Shown piece by piece: positions 34,473-47,431 of a stretch of 64,000 nucleotides of DNA (within the stretch, counting starts at the first letter, position 1; every line of letters begins with the position of its first letter). The translations under genes and the position numbers were made by a program. Under the pieces are notes generated by a model. The model was not told the DNA's origin. It made no database searches and was given only the letters and a program-made list of their open reading frames with translations. Location of the stretch: assembly GCA_963804645.1 (NCBI GenBank), contig CAWDRG010000017.1, positions 352,001 to 416,000 on the forward strand. Reading direction: 5' to 3'. Source of the stretch: an uncultured Bacillota bacterium. Its GTDB lineage: Bacteria; Sysuimicrobiota; Sysuimicrobiia; Sysuimicrobiales; Segetimicrobiaceae.

Positions 34473-34757
34473 GTTCACCCTCCCAGTCAAGGCAGCGCCG
34501 GTCCCCCGGCGTCTCCCGCGTCCATCCCGATTCGTGCTGCGCGTCCCGTTCGACGCGTAAAGCACCCCAGCGGGCTGGATCCTCCCGCCCTGGGGCTGTT
34601 GGCGATGCCGGCGGCCGGGGGACACCCGGCCGGGTTATCGCACGTCCGTCTGTTTGCGGTTAGTCATGCGCCATACGCGATGCCAAAGCTGACATCCTGC
34701 GGCGCATTATAGGGGATACTCCCCGAATCGCTGAGGCGGGTCCCGTGTCGCGGTGCG

Positions 34758-35006
34758 CTACTCGAGGATCGCCGCTACCGCGGCGCCCACGGCGATACCG
34801 CACGCTCGTCCCAGCGCGGTCATCGAGTCCACCTCGACGACCTCAACCCCTCGCTCCCGGGCTGCCAGGAGGACCGGCTCGGTCACACGTCGGTCGGCAT
34901 CCTGGGCGACATACACTACCCGAGCGTGTCCGCGATTGACGGCCTTGGTGGTTTGATTGGTCCCGATGGCCCGCTGCGCTGCAATTTTCAGGCGGTCAAC
35001 GTCCAC
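34758..35006 (-). CDS. L7Ae/YbxF-like K-turn-binding protein
   Basis: IGTNQTTKAV...VYVAQDAD...LGRACGIAVGAA, in the ybxF position between rpoC and rpsL. Confidence 0.9.
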   Translation of the reverse strand: MDVDRLKIAAQRAIGTNQTTKAVNRGHARVVYVAQDADRRVTEPVLLAARERGVEVVEVDSMTALGRACGIAVGAAVAAILE

Positions 35007-35064
35007 AATCCGCTCGCTCGCGGCATCCCCGAAGCCCGGCCGGGGGCCGTGATTCCACCACGCC

Positions 35065-35093
35065 ATTGTACCAACGGCGGCCTACCCTGTCAA
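35065..35093 (-). promoter_or_regulatory. sigma70 promoter for the L7Ae-like gene/str operon
   Basis: TTGACA-N17-TACAAT with TGn extension. Confidence 0.75.
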
Positions 35094-35185
35094 CGGCGCA
35101 GCGACGGCGGTCGACGGCGGTCGGGCGAACCGGGGCCCGAGCGGCACCGCCGCCGGGCCCCGCCCCCGTCCGACCCGTCAACTCG

Positions 35186-38630
<3,445 letters not shown>

Positions 38631-38631
38631 C

Positions 38632-41600
38632 CTAGGACTCCTCCACGAGAGCCTCTTCGCCCTCCAGGTTGATGCCGAGCGCGCGCGCCGTCTCCGCGAT
38701 GTCCTCCTCGATTTCCTTGAGCTCGATCTCCTTCTGGTCCTCGCTCAGCACCTTCACGTCCAAGCAGAGGCTCTGCAGTTCCTTCACGAGCACCTTGAAC
38801 GACTCCGGCACGCCGGGCTCCTGGATGTTCTCGCCCTTGACGATCGCCTCGTAGGTCTTCACGCGCCCGACGACGTCGTCCGACTTCACGGTCAGCAGCT
38901 CCTGCAGCGTGTTCGCCGCGCCGTACGCCTCGAGCGCCCAGACTTCCATCTCGCCGAACCGCTGCCCGCCGAACTGCGCCTTGCCGCCGAGCGGCTGCTG
39001 GGTGATCAACGAGTAGGGTCCGGTCGACCGGGCGTGAATCTTGTCCTCCACCAGGTGGAGGAGCTTCATCATGTAGATCTGGCCGATCGTGACCTCCTGC
39101 TCGAACGACTCCCCGGTGCGACCGTCGTACAGACGGGTCTTCCCGGTGTCATCCACCTGCACCCGGGCGCCGGCCTCGGTCTCGCTGGCCTTGGTGAGCA
39201 GCTCCCGAATTTCATCCTCGCGCGGCCCGTCGAACACGGGCGTTTCCGCGTGGAACCCGATCAAGTAGGCCGCCCAGCCGAGATGGGTCTCGAGCACCTG
39301 TCCCACGTTCATCCGGGACGGCACGCCGAGCGGGTTCAACACAATGTCGACCGGCGTCCCATCCGGCAGGTAGGGCATATCTTCCGACGGCAGAATCCGG
39401 CTGATCACGCCCTTGTTGCCGTGCCGCCCGGCCATCTTATCGCCGACGGTGATCTTGCGCTTCTGCGCGACGTACACGCGCACGAGCTGGTTCACGCCGG
39501 GCGACAGCTCATCGCCTGCCTCCCGGGAGAACATCTTGACGGCCACGACCTTTCCCTTCTCGCCGTGCGGCACTTTGAGCGACGTGTCGCGGACCTCCCG
39601 CGCCTTCTCACCAAAGATCGCGCGCAAGAGACGCTCCTCCGCCGTGAGCTCGGTCTCGCCTTTCGGCGTGACCTTGCCGACGAGGATGTCTCCGCTCCGC
39701 ACCTCCGCGCCGATGCGAATGATCCCCCGCTCGTCGAGGTCCCGGAGGGCTTCCTCGCCCACGTTGGGAATGTCGCGGGTGATCTCCTCGGGCCCCAGCT
39801 TCGTGTCGCGCGCCTCCACCTCGTACTCCTCGATGTGGATGCTCGTGAACAGATCTTTCTGCACGAGCCGCTCGGAGATCAGGATCGCATCCTCGTAGTT
39901 GTAGCCCTCCCACGGCATGAACGCGACGAGGATGTTGTGGCCGAGCGCCATCTCGCCGAGGTCCGTGCACGGTCCGTCGGCGACGACGTCGCCGACCCCG
40001 ACCCGCTCGCCGACCTCAACGATCGGCCGCTGATTGATGCACGTCCCTTGGTTGCTTCGCTGAAACTTGACCAACCGATACGTCCGCTCCTTGCCGCGGT
40101 CGGGTTTGATGACGATCGCCTCGCCCGTGACGCTCGCGACTTCGCCGACCTCGCGGGCCACGACGACGGCGCCCGAATCCACGGCGGAACGGTGCTCCAT
40201 CCCGGTGCCCACCAACGGCGCCTCGGTCCGGAGCAGCGGCACCGCCTGGCGCTGCATGTTGGACCCCATGAGCGCCCGGTTCGCATCGTCATGCTCGAGG
40301 AACGGAATCAGCGCCGTCGCGACGCTCACGATCTGCTTGGGCGACACATCCATATAGTCGATTTCGTCCGGCGGCACCAACACGATCGCGCTGCCCCGGC
40401 GGGCGGTAACCTTCGCTTCCATGAGCTTGCCGTCGGCGCTGATCATCGCGTTCGCCTGCGCGATCGTGTACCGCTCCTCGTCGTCCGCGGTCAAATACTC
40501 GATCGACCGCGTGACACGCGTGTCGCGCACCCGGCGGTACGGCGTCTCGATGAACCCGTACGGATTGACGCGGGCGAACGTCGCGAGCGACGAGATCAGG
40601 CCGATGTTCGGGCCCTCCGGGGTCTCGATCGGGCACATCCGCCCATAGTGGGACGTGTGCACGTCGCGGACCTCGAACCCGGCGCGCTCCCGGCTGAGAC
40701 CGCCCGGGCCGAGCGCCGACAGCCGCCGTTTATGGGTCAGTTCGGCGAGCGGGTTCGTCTGGTCCATGAACTGCGAGAGCTGGCTCGACCCGAAGAACTC
40801 CTTGATCGCCGCCACGACCGGCCGGATGTTGATCAAGACCTGCGGCGTGATCGCGCCGGCGTCCTGAATCGTCATCCGCTCGCGGATCACGCGCTCCATC
40901 CGGAGCATGCCGATCCGAAACTGGTTCTGCAGCAGCTCGCCGACCGACCGCACCCGGCGGTTCCCCAGGTGGTCGATGTCGTCCGGCTTGCCCTGCCCGT
41001 TGAAAAGGGTCAGCAGGTAGCGCACGATCTCCGCGATGTCGCGGGGCCGCAGGACCCGCGGCTCCGCGGCATCCTCCGGGGTCGGCTTGAACCCCAGCTT
41101 CTTGTCGAGCTTGTACCGGCCGACCCGCCCGAGATCGTAGCGGCGCGAGTCGAAGAACAGCGTGTTCAACAGCGTCCGCGCACTCTCGATCGTCGGCGGG
41201 TCTCCCGGGCGCAGCCGCCGGTAGATCGCGAGCAGTGCGTCCTCGGGAGTCTTGGCCTCGTCCTTCTGGAGCGTCGCGGACATGGCCTTATCCTGATCGT
41301 AGTACTTCAGAATCTCCTCGTCGGTGAGCAGCGACAGGTGCTCCCCCCGCCGTGTCTCCTTCTGCTGGGAGATGGCGCGCAGCAGAATCGTGACCGGCAG
41401 CTTCCGCGTCCGATCGATCCGGACGTAGACGATCCCGTTGGCGTCCACCTCGAACTCCAACCAGGCGCCCCGGTGCGGGATCACCGTCGCCGCCGGGAGC
41501 ATGTGGTTGTTCGTGTCGGGCGCCATGCTGTAGTAGACTCCCGGAGACCGCACGAGCTGGCTGACGACGACGCGCTCGGCCCCGTTGATCACAAACGTGC

Positions 41601-42312
41601 CCTGCTCGGTCATCAGGGGGAAGTCCCCCATGAAGACTTCCTGTTCCTTGACCTCGCCGGTTTCCTTAATAACCAGGCGCACCTGGACCTTGAGGGCGGC
41701 GCTGTAGTTATAGTCCCGCTCGCGGCACTCGTCGACGGAGTAGCGCAGCTGCTCGAGCCGGTACCCGTCGAACTCGAGCGGCAGGTCCCCGTTCTCGTCC
41801 TCCTGGGCCGTGCGCGACTTCCGGCGCCCGACCGCGAAGTGGAGCTCCAGGTTTCCGGTAAAGTCTCGGATCGGGGAGATCTCCTCAAAGACCTCGCGGA
41901 TGCCCTCCTTGAGGAACCACTTGAACGATTCCCGCTGGATCTCGACCAGGTTCGGCACGTCGAGGACGTCGTGAATCTTGGCGAAGCTCACGCGGGCGCG
42001 CTTGCCCCGCCGCGTCACCCGGACCTCGCCAAGCCCCTTGACGTTGCGCATGGACGCATGCGACGGCGCAGGAGGCGGCGGCGCCTGGAACACGGCGACC
42101 GGCGCCCGCTCCGTCTTTGTGTCCAGCAGGATTGTCCGCGCCAAGCGCGGCCGCGCCGCGGCGCCGCTTCGACGCCCCGACTGCTGCAGCTTTACGCGCG
42201 CGGCATCACGGGCCACGAGACGCATGGCCCCTGCTTTCGCACCTGTCTTCGCCCGGGCGCCCTTCTTCCCGGCAGTTCTAACTCTGGCCTTCGGCGACGC
42301 GGCCTTTGCCAT
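38632..42312 (-). CDS. rpoB: RNA polymerase beta subunit
   Basis: [39 protein letters not shown]. Start at 42312 (long N-extension) or 42051. Confidence 0.96.
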   Translation of the reverse strand: MAKAASPKARVRTAGKKGARAKTGAKAGAMRLVARDAARVKLQQSGRRSGAAARPRLARTILLDTKTERAPVAVFQAPPPPAPSHASMRNVKGLGEVRVTRRGKRARVSFAKIHDVLDVPNLVEIQRESFKWFLKEGIREVFEEISPIRDFTGNLELHFAVGRRKSRTAQEDENGDLPLEFDGYRLEQLRYSVDECRERDYNYSAALKVQVRLVIKETGEVKEQEVFMGDFPLMTEQGTFVINGAERVVVSQLVRSPGVYYSMAPDTNNHMLPAATVIPHRGAWLEFEVDANGIVYVRIDRTRKLPVTILLRAISQQKETRRGEHLSLLTDEEILKYYDQDKAMSATLQKDEAKTPEDALLAIYRRLRPGDPPTIESARTLLNTLFFDSRRYDLGRVGRYKLDKKLGFKPTPEDAAEPRVLRPRDIAEIVRYLLTLFNGQGKPDDIDHLGNRRVRSVGELLQNQFRIGMLRMERVIRERMTIQDAGAITPQVLINIRPVVAAIKEFFGSSQLSQFMDQTNPLAELTHKRRLSALGPGGLSRERAGFEVRDVHTSHYGRMCPIETPEGPNIGLISSLATFARVNPYGFIETPYRRVRDTRVTRSIEYLTADDEERYTIAQANAMISADGKLMEAKVTARRGSAIVLVPPDEIDYMDVSPKQIVSVATALIPFLEHDDANRALMGSNMQRQAVPLLRTEAPLVGTGMEHRSAVDSGAVVVAREVGEVASVTGEAIVIKPDRGKERTYRLVKFQRSNQGTCINQRPIVEVGERVGVGDVVADGPCTDLGEMALGHNILVAFMPWEGYNYEDAILISERLVQKDLFTSIHIEEYEVEARDTKLGPEEITRDIPNVGEEALRDLDERGIIRIGAEVRSGDILVGKVTPKGETELTAEERLLRAIFGEKAREVRDTSLKVPHGEKGKVVAVKMFSREAGDELSPGVNQLVRVYVAQKRKITVGDKMAGRHGNKGVISRILPSEDMPYLPDGTPVDIVLNPLGVPSRMNVGQVLETHLGWAAYLIGFHAETPVFDGPREDEIRELLTKASETEAGARVQVDDTGKTRLYDGRTGESFEQEVTIGQIYMMKLLHLVEDKIHARSTGPYSLITQQPLGGKAQFGGQRFGEMEVWALEAYGAANTLQELLTVKSDDVVGRVKTYEAIVKGENIQEPGVPESFKVLVKELQSLCLDVKVLSEDQKEIELKEIEEDIAETARALGINLEGEEALVEES

Positions 42313-42453
42313 CACCCTTTTCGCCTCCAGGAGAGATGTCCGAATGGCCGGGGCATGCCAGCACACACCAAGCCCCGGGTCCGGCCAATTTGCTGGGTCC
42401 CCCAGCAATGAGGTGATCTAGCACACAGTAGAGGCATTATAGAAGTAAAGCCA

Positions 42454-42482
42454 ATAATACCCCTTAAAGGCAAAGCAGTCAA
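42454..42482 (-). promoter_or_regulatory. sigma70 promoter for rpoBC
   Basis: TTGACT-N17-TATTAT in an AT-rich patch; a second TATAAT at 42436-42441. Confidence 0.65.
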
Positions 42483-42540
42483 GGGGAGACCGGAGACGGC
42501 CAAAAGCCGCCCCGCCGCGTCCCCCTGACCCCTTCAGCCC

Positions 42541-42924
42541 TTACTTGATCTCGACCGTGGCTCCGACTTCCGTCAACTTGGCCTTGATCGTCTCGGCTTC
42601 TTGCTTGGAGACTTTTTCCTTCACAGGTTTGGGTGCCCCATCGACCAAATCCTTCGCCTCTTTCAGGCCTAACCCGGTGAGCTCCCGGACGACCTTGATC
42701 ACCTGGATCTTCTTGTCGCCGATCGCCGAGAGGATCGCATCGAACTCGGTCTGCTCTTCAACAACCGCCGCGGCCCCGCCGCCAGCGCCGGGCGCTGCCG
42801 CCATCGCCATCATCGGGGCCGCCGCGCTCACGCCAAATTTCTCCTCGAGCGCCTTGACCAACTTTGACAGGTCCAGCGCCGACAGGCCCTCAATCTCGCC
42901 TACGATCTGCTCAATCGCTGCCAT
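42541..42924 (-). CDS. rplL: 50S ribosomal protein L7/L12
   Basis: [35 protein letters not shown]. Confidence 0.97.
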   Translation of the reverse strand: MAAIEQIVGEIEGLSALDLSKLVKALEEKFGVSAAAPMMAMAAAPGAGGGAAAVVEEQTEFDAILSAIGDKKIQVIKVVRELTGLGLKEAKDLVDGAPKPVKEKVSKQEAETIKAKLTEVGATVEIK

Positions 42925-42965
42925 TCCCATCCCCTCCCACTTGGGTCTGTACTATCCTGGTTGAA

Positions 42966-43832
42966 TCATGCCCCCGCGGGCTTGTTGTCCGCTGCCGGGA
43001 CTTCATTCTCTGCAACGGTTGGGGTTCCACCCTCTGGCGCGGCCGGGGCCGGACTCTCCGCCACAGCCGAGGCCGAAGCCTCCGCCACAGCCGGACTCTC
43101 CGCCGCAGCCGGGGCTGGAGCCTCCGTCACAGCCGGGGCTGGAGCCTCCGCGACGGCCGGGGCCGGACTCTCCGCCACAGCCGGGGCTGGACTCTCCGCC
43201 ACAGCCGGGGCTGGACTCTCCGCCACAGCCGGGGCCGGACTCTCCGCCGCAGCCGGGGCCGGACTCTCCGCCACAGCCGGGGCTGGAGCCTCCGCGACGG
43301 CCGGGGCCGCCGCTTCGCGCTGCTTCCGCAGGGCTTCCAGCGCCGTCACCAGCCCTCGCTGCGGGCCGGTCAGCACGGTGACAAGTCCACGCATCGGTCC
43401 CTGGATCACACCAAGCAGCCTGGCAAGCAGCTCCCGCTTTGTTGGCAGGGACGCCAGCGACTGGACCGCCTCGGGCCCGAGCGTCTGGCCCTCCACGACG
43501 CCGCCCTTGATCTCCAACTTCCGGTACTGGCGGATGAACTCCTGAAGGATTCGGGCCGGCGCGCCGGGATCATCACTGCCAAACACCACGGCGGTCGGGC
43601 CGACGAGATACGGTTCCAAGCCATTCACGCCCGCCCGTTCGGCGGCCCGGCCGAGCAGTGTGTTCTTGGCCACCCGGTACTCGATGGACGCGTCCCGCAA
43701 TTTCGCCCGGAGGGCTCCGATCTCGCTCACAGACAGGCCCCGGTAGTCCGTCAGGATCACGACGGAGGACGACTGGAGCCGCTGCTGGAGATCTTCGACC
43801 TCGGCGACTTTTTCGGGCCTCGGATTACTCAT
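42966..43832 (-). CDS. rplJ: 50S ribosomal protein L10 with long repetitive C-terminal extension
   Basis: DYRGL, VAKNTL, LVGPTA, IKGG, LASLPT, followed by ~115 aa of APAVAESP repeats. Confidence 0.95.
   Translation of the reverse strand: MSNPRPEKVAEVEDLQQRLQSSSVVILTDYRGLSVSEIGALRAKLRDASIEYRVAKNTLLGRAAERAGVNGLEPYLVGPTAVVFGSDDPGAPARILQEFIRQYRKLEIKGGVVEGQTLGPEAVQSLASLPTKRELLARLLGVIQGPMRGLVTVLTGPQRGLVTALEALRKQREAAAPAVAEAPAPAVAESPAPAAAESPAPAVAESPAPAVAESPAPAVAESPAPAVAEAPAPAVTEAPAPAAAESPAVAEASASAVAESPAPAAPEGGTPTVAENEVPAADNKPAGA
43040..43308 (-). repeat. 24-bp in-frame tandem repeat (~11 units, encoding APAVAESP) in rplJ
   Basis: Plus-strand unit gccggggctggactctccgccaca recurs with small variations. 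Confidence 0.9.
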
Positions 43833-43864
43833 GCACTCCTCCTGGACCGACGGACCGTACCCAC

Positions 43865-43969
43865 CAAACTAAAGAGACCCCCGCAGACAGGGGAGTCTCC
43901 GCATTACTGGAGCCTCGGCGGGCGGCCCGAAGGCCTTTGGGCGCGCACGGCGCACCCGCTGTCTACGGC
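43865..43969 (-). promoter_or_regulatory. ribosomal protein L10 leader (autoregulatory RNA) with downstream hairpin
   Basis: GCCGTAGACAGCGGGT...CCCGCCGAGG followed by GAGACTCCC...GGGGGTCTC-TTTAGTTT upstream of rplJ. Confidence 0.8.
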
Positions 43970-44014
43970 ACGGTCGATTCGATTGTTGATTTCTCGTTCG
44001 TGAACCGCCCCCGG

Positions 44015-44043
44015 ATAATACCATCCGCGGACTGTCTCGTCAA
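44015..44043 (-). promoter_or_regulatory. sigma70 promoter for rplJL
   Basis: TTGACG-N17-TATTAT with TGn extension. Confidence 0.75.
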
Positions 44044-44226
44044 CGACCAGTACGGACGCCCAACGGTGAGGAATAGGACCCGGCAGGCCGGGCATCCGGG
44101 AGCGGGTTGGGAACGCCGGAAACAGCGTGATGGAGAGTGGGCTCGAAGCGATCGGCTTCGAGAGGGTGAAGAGCGCAGCGAGCACAGCGAGTGCGAGAGC
44201 CGGAGCAGCCACCAGCGCCCCGGTGT

Positions 44227-45684
44227 TTAGGAGGTATCGAAGCGGATTTGGATGGCGGGTCTCGACTCCTCGGGAAGCAGGTGATGGCGCAGGTCCTCGA
44301 GGAGCCGGCGGGCGGTGTTTTTGAGACTGCCAAACAGTGCCAGCGGCGTTTTGCCGTGCCGCTGGGCCAGATGCTGAAGCAGACTCCCCCGCTCCAGTAG
44401 TTGCAGCATCATGTGTGCGATCTGCAGGAGATAGTAGTAGGCCTTGATCAACTCCGGATCGGTGCTGTAGGGATGCTCCAAGTTCAGCTCGCTGTTTTTT
44501 TGGACATTGAATCCCGCCTCAATCGTCCAGCGACGTCGCCCCCCTTTCATCGCGATTTCCACGACCGTCTCCCGAGTCACCGGCAGGTTCGTCATCCACA
44601 CGAACGTCGTCGTGGTGTCCTTGACCGTCTCCTCGCACAACAAGGCGTTGAACCGGTACGGGCGCCGGTGCGCATCCTCCGCCGTCATCCCCGTCGCCCA
44701 TCGGTACGCCTGCCGCGTGCCATTCGGCAGGGTCAGCCGCAGGACGTGCTCCGGGCACAACGCCAACACGGCCTGAAACTCGGTCCAAGCAGTCTGCGCG
44801 TTCCCCGCCTTGAACGTGAACACATAGCTCCAGCCCTGGGCTTCGACCAACCGCACGGCCGGCGCACACGCATACAGCGCGTCACTGGTCACACACAAGG
44901 CCGTCTGGGGATACGCCTCCCGCAGGCTCGGTACCAGGCGGCGAAACGCGGCCAGCTCGCAGTCTTGCTTCCATGAGTCCAGGTCGCGCCCCGCCCGCGC
45001 CGGCCGATCGGCGTTCTCGATAAACGCCGTCCCCATGGACAGCCCGAGGCCGCCGGGCCCGAGGAGTTTCGCCTCTTCGACCATGTGCAGATACACGTCG
45101 TGGGTCGCATGACGCCGCACCAAGCACTGGGGACAATGCTCCGTGCGAAAGTGGAGATGGCCGGTCCCGTCGATCGCGACCACCACGCGCCCCAGCAACC
45201 GCGCCGCATCCAGGACTTTCATCCGGAGGAGCCGCCGGATCATCTGCGTCCGCAGCGCCGCCAGCGGCGCGCTCCCCACATGCCCCAAGAAGTGATCCAA
45301 CGTGTCGTGCACCGGCAAGGTCGCTTGCTGCGTGCCGGCGAGCCGATTGACATTGCCCAGCACCTGCGTCGTCGCATCGCGTAAGTCAAAGTCCAACTGG
45401 CGCCGGCTGCCCAGCTTGCAGCAGAACAGCAACACCCCCCACCAGGCCAGAAACTTCTTGTCGTACTCGATGAACGGCACATATCGGGTGTCCGGCAGCG
45501 CATCCAGCCACTGATTGAGCGCCGGCCAGAAGTGCTGGACCGTCCGCCGAAAGGCGGAGCTCAGCGTCCCGTGGATCGACCCGCCCGCTGCTTCCGGGCG
45601 CGGACGTGGCCCCGGATCCGCGCCAGCGCTAGCTCCGTGCTCTCCTGGATCACCTGGCGCAGCCGCTGGTATTCGTCGACCCAT
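44227..45684 (-). CDS. DDE transposase (IS4-superfamily-like; family unresolved)
   Basis: VAIDGT, TSDALY, RRRWTIEAGFNVQK...NLEHPY. Start uncertain; the transposase-like sequence begins near 45564. Confidence 0.88.
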   Translation of the reverse strand: MGRRIPAAAPGDPGEHGASAGADPGPRPRPEAAGGSIHGTLSSAFRRTVQHFWPALNQWLDALPDTRYVPFIEYDKKFLAWWGVLLFCCKLGSRRQLDFDLRDATTQVLGNVNRLAGTQQATLPVHDTLDHFLGHVGSAPLAALRTQMIRRLLRMKVLDAARLLGRVVVAIDGTGHLHFRTEHCPQCLVRRHATHDVYLHMVEEAKLLGPGGLGLSMGTAFIENADRPARAGRDLDSWKQDCELAAFRRLVPSLREAYPQTALCVTSDALYACAPAVRLVEAQGWSYVFTFKAGNAQTAWTEFQAVLALCPEHVLRLTLPNGTRQAYRWATGMTAEDAHRRPYRFNALLCEETVKDTTTTFVWMTNLPVTRETVVEIAMKGGRRRWTIEAGFNVQKNSELNLEHPYSTDPELIKAYYYLLQIAHMMLQLLERGSLLQHLAQRHGKTPLALFGSLKNTARRLLEDLRHHLLPEESRPAIQIRFDTS

Positions 45685-45923
45685 GCGCGAACCTCAGCCA
45701 CCAGCTCGACCGGGACATAGGTGGTCTGGGTCTTGCCGTCGACCGAGCGCGTCAGGTAGTGCCCCACGTGGAGCGCCCCCTGCGCGCAGTGGCACCCCGG
45801 CCGGCCGCAGCGCCGCGCGATTTGCACCAAGCTCGCCGCCAGCACCGGCCCGCGGGCCTGTAATTGCTTGACCCGCGCGTCGAGCTGGCGACGCTGCAGC
45901 GTCGGGTGGTCCCGCATGCGCAT
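45561..45923 (-). CDS. IS-associated small protein (DUF6788-like), putative Zn-binding
   Basis: SLVQIARRCGRPGCHCAQGALHVGHYLTRSVDGKTQTTYVP. GAAGGG RBS; lies inside the IS ends. Confidence 0.8.
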   Translation of the reverse strand: MRMRDHPTLQRRQLDARVKQLQARGPVLAASLVQIARRCGRPGCHCAQGALHVGHYLTRSVDGKTQTTYVPVELVAEVRAWVDEYQRLRQVIQESTELALARIRGHVRARKQRAGRSTGR

Positions 45924-46186
45924 GGTTCATTCCCTTCGACACCACGCCCCGCGCCCCCACCCCGCGCGCCGCCGAGGATGCCTGCTAAGCGATCCACTAT
46001 TCAGTATTGACCCCTGAAATTCCTGCTGCGAAGAAAATAATTGGCGAGAAACCGCCTGGGGACACGCATCGTCGCGGACGCGTGCTGCTAACCGCTTACC
46101 GCGGGGGGGCGAGGTGCGACGAATTCTTATTCTTCAGGGCTGACGGACGCCCGACGCAGCGCCTCAGGATTCGGCCGGTCGAGCCC

Positions 46187-46897
46187 CTACGTAGTCGCTG
46201 CGGGAGCTTCTGCGTCGGCCTTCGACGGATCGATCCGGATCCCCGGTCCCATCGTCGATTTGACGGTGACGCTCCGGAGATACTGCCCCTTACTTGAGGA
46301 CGGCTTGCTCCGGACGACGGCGTTCACCACGGTCGCGAAGTTCTCGAGCAGTGCATTGGCGGGGAACGACGCCTTCCCGAGCGCCAAGTGCAGGATCCCG
46401 AACTTGTCGACCCGGTACTCAACCTTACCGGCTTTGATCTCCCGGACTGCGCGGCCGACGTCGAAAGTCACCGTACCGGCCTTCGGGTTCGGCATCACGC
46501 CGCGGGGTCCGAGGACCCGGCCGAGCCGGCCCACGACGTTCATGACGTCCGGGGTCGCCACGGCCACGTCGAACTCCAGCCAGCCGCCCTGAATCTTCTC
46601 CGCGAACTCGTCAACGCCGGCGTAATCGGCGCCCGCATCCAGCGCTTCCTTGACCTTGTCGCCCTTCGCAAAGACGAGCACCCGGACTGATTTCCCGGTG
46701 CCGTGGGGCAATACCACCGTGCCCCTGACCTGCTGGTCCGCCTGCTTCGGGTCGATTCCGAGCCGAATGTGCGCCTCAACTGTTTCATCGAACTTGCCAG
46801 TCGGCATCTGCTTCAGCAGTCCGACCGCCGTCTGCGGGTCGTACAGCTTCCCCGGCTCGACCAGCTTGCTTGCCTCGCGATAGCGCTTCCCATGCAT
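46187..46897 (-). CDS. rplA: 50S ribosomal protein L1
   Basis: [41 protein letters not shown]. Confidence 0.97.
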   Translation of the reverse strand: MHGKRYREASKLVEPGKLYDPQTAVGLLKQMPTGKFDETVEAHIRLGIDPKQADQQVRGTVVLPHGTGKSVRVLVFAKGDKVKEALDAGADYAGVDEFAEKIQGGWLEFDVAVATPDVMNVVGRLGRVLGPRGVMPNPKAGTVTFDVGRAVREIKAGKVEYRVDKFGILHLALGKASFPANALLENFATVVNAVVRSKPSSSKGQYLRSVTVKSTMGPGIRIDPSKADAEAPAATT

Positions 46898-46915
46898 CTA
46901 AGTCACCCTCCTTGT

Positions 46916-46945
46916 GTGGTTCGAGCGGACTGAGCGTCCTCCCAC
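46916..46945 (-). promoter_or_regulatory. putative L1-binding regulatory RNA hairpin between rplK and rplA
   Basis: GTGGGAGGACGCTCAGTCCGCTCGAACCAC stem with GGGAG internal-loop motif directly before the rplA RBS. Confidence 0.6.
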
Positions 46946-46960
46946 TCCTGCCTCGGCTTG

Positions 46961-47380
46961 CTAGCCGACCTCGATCCCCATGCTGCGCGCCGTGCCTTCG
47001 ATCATCCGCATCGCCGCGTCCAGATCCTTGGTGTTCAAATCCGGCATCTTGGTCTCGGCGATCTCGCGGATCTGCTGCTGGGTCACCCGGCCGGCCTTCT
47101 TCTTATTCGGCTCTCCCGACGCTTTCTCCAGGCCGGCCGCTTTCTTCAGCAGCACCGCCGCCGGCGGGGTCTTCATGACGAACGTAAACGTCCGGTCGGC
47201 GAAGATGGTGATCTCCACCGGCACGATCGTCCCCACCTGCCGGGCCGTCTTCTCGTTGTACGACTTGCAAAACTCCATGATATTGACGCCGTGCTGACCC
47301 AGCGCCGGCCCAACCGGCGGCGCCGGCGTGGCCTTCCCAGCCGGAATCTGCAGTTTGACGATCGCGACGATCTTCTTCAT
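46961..47380 (-). CDS. rplK: 50S ribosomal protein L11
   Basis: [28 protein letters not shown]. Confidence 0.97.
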   Translation of the reverse strand: MKKIVAIVKLQIPAGKATPAPPVGPALGQHGVNIMEFCKSYNEKTARQVGTIVPVEITIFADRTFTFVMKTPPAAVLLKKAAGLEKASGEPNKKKAGRVTQQQIREIAETKMPDLNTKDLDAAMRMIEGTARSMGIEVG

Positions 47381-47431
47381 GCGTCCTCCAGTCCGCCCCG
47401 CCCGGTCCCCGCCGTACGGGCGGGAGGCCGG

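Larger units (their letters stand above)
44061..46142 (-). mobile_element. 2082-bp two-ORF insertion sequence (DDE transposase plus small Cys/His ORF)
   Basis: Direct repeat ACGGACGCC at 44052-44060 and 46143-46151. Ends CAACGGTGAGGAATAGG and (reverse complement) CAGCCCTGAAGAATAAG match at 12 of 17 positions. Confidence 0.88.

Noticed and set aside
40700..40800. Rifampicin-resistance substitutions in RpoB (and streptomycin sites in S12)
   Set aside because: [29 protein letters not shown] and S12 PKKPNSA/RVKDLPG appear wild type.
43040..43308. Repeat array considered as a possible CRISPR
   Set aside because: Head-to-tail in-frame 24-bp units with no unique spacers and no cas genes.
43904..44212. 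102-aa ORF with a hydrophobic, signal-like N-terminus
   Set aside because: Spans the IS end, the rplJ promoter and the L10 leader; most likely a chance chimera.
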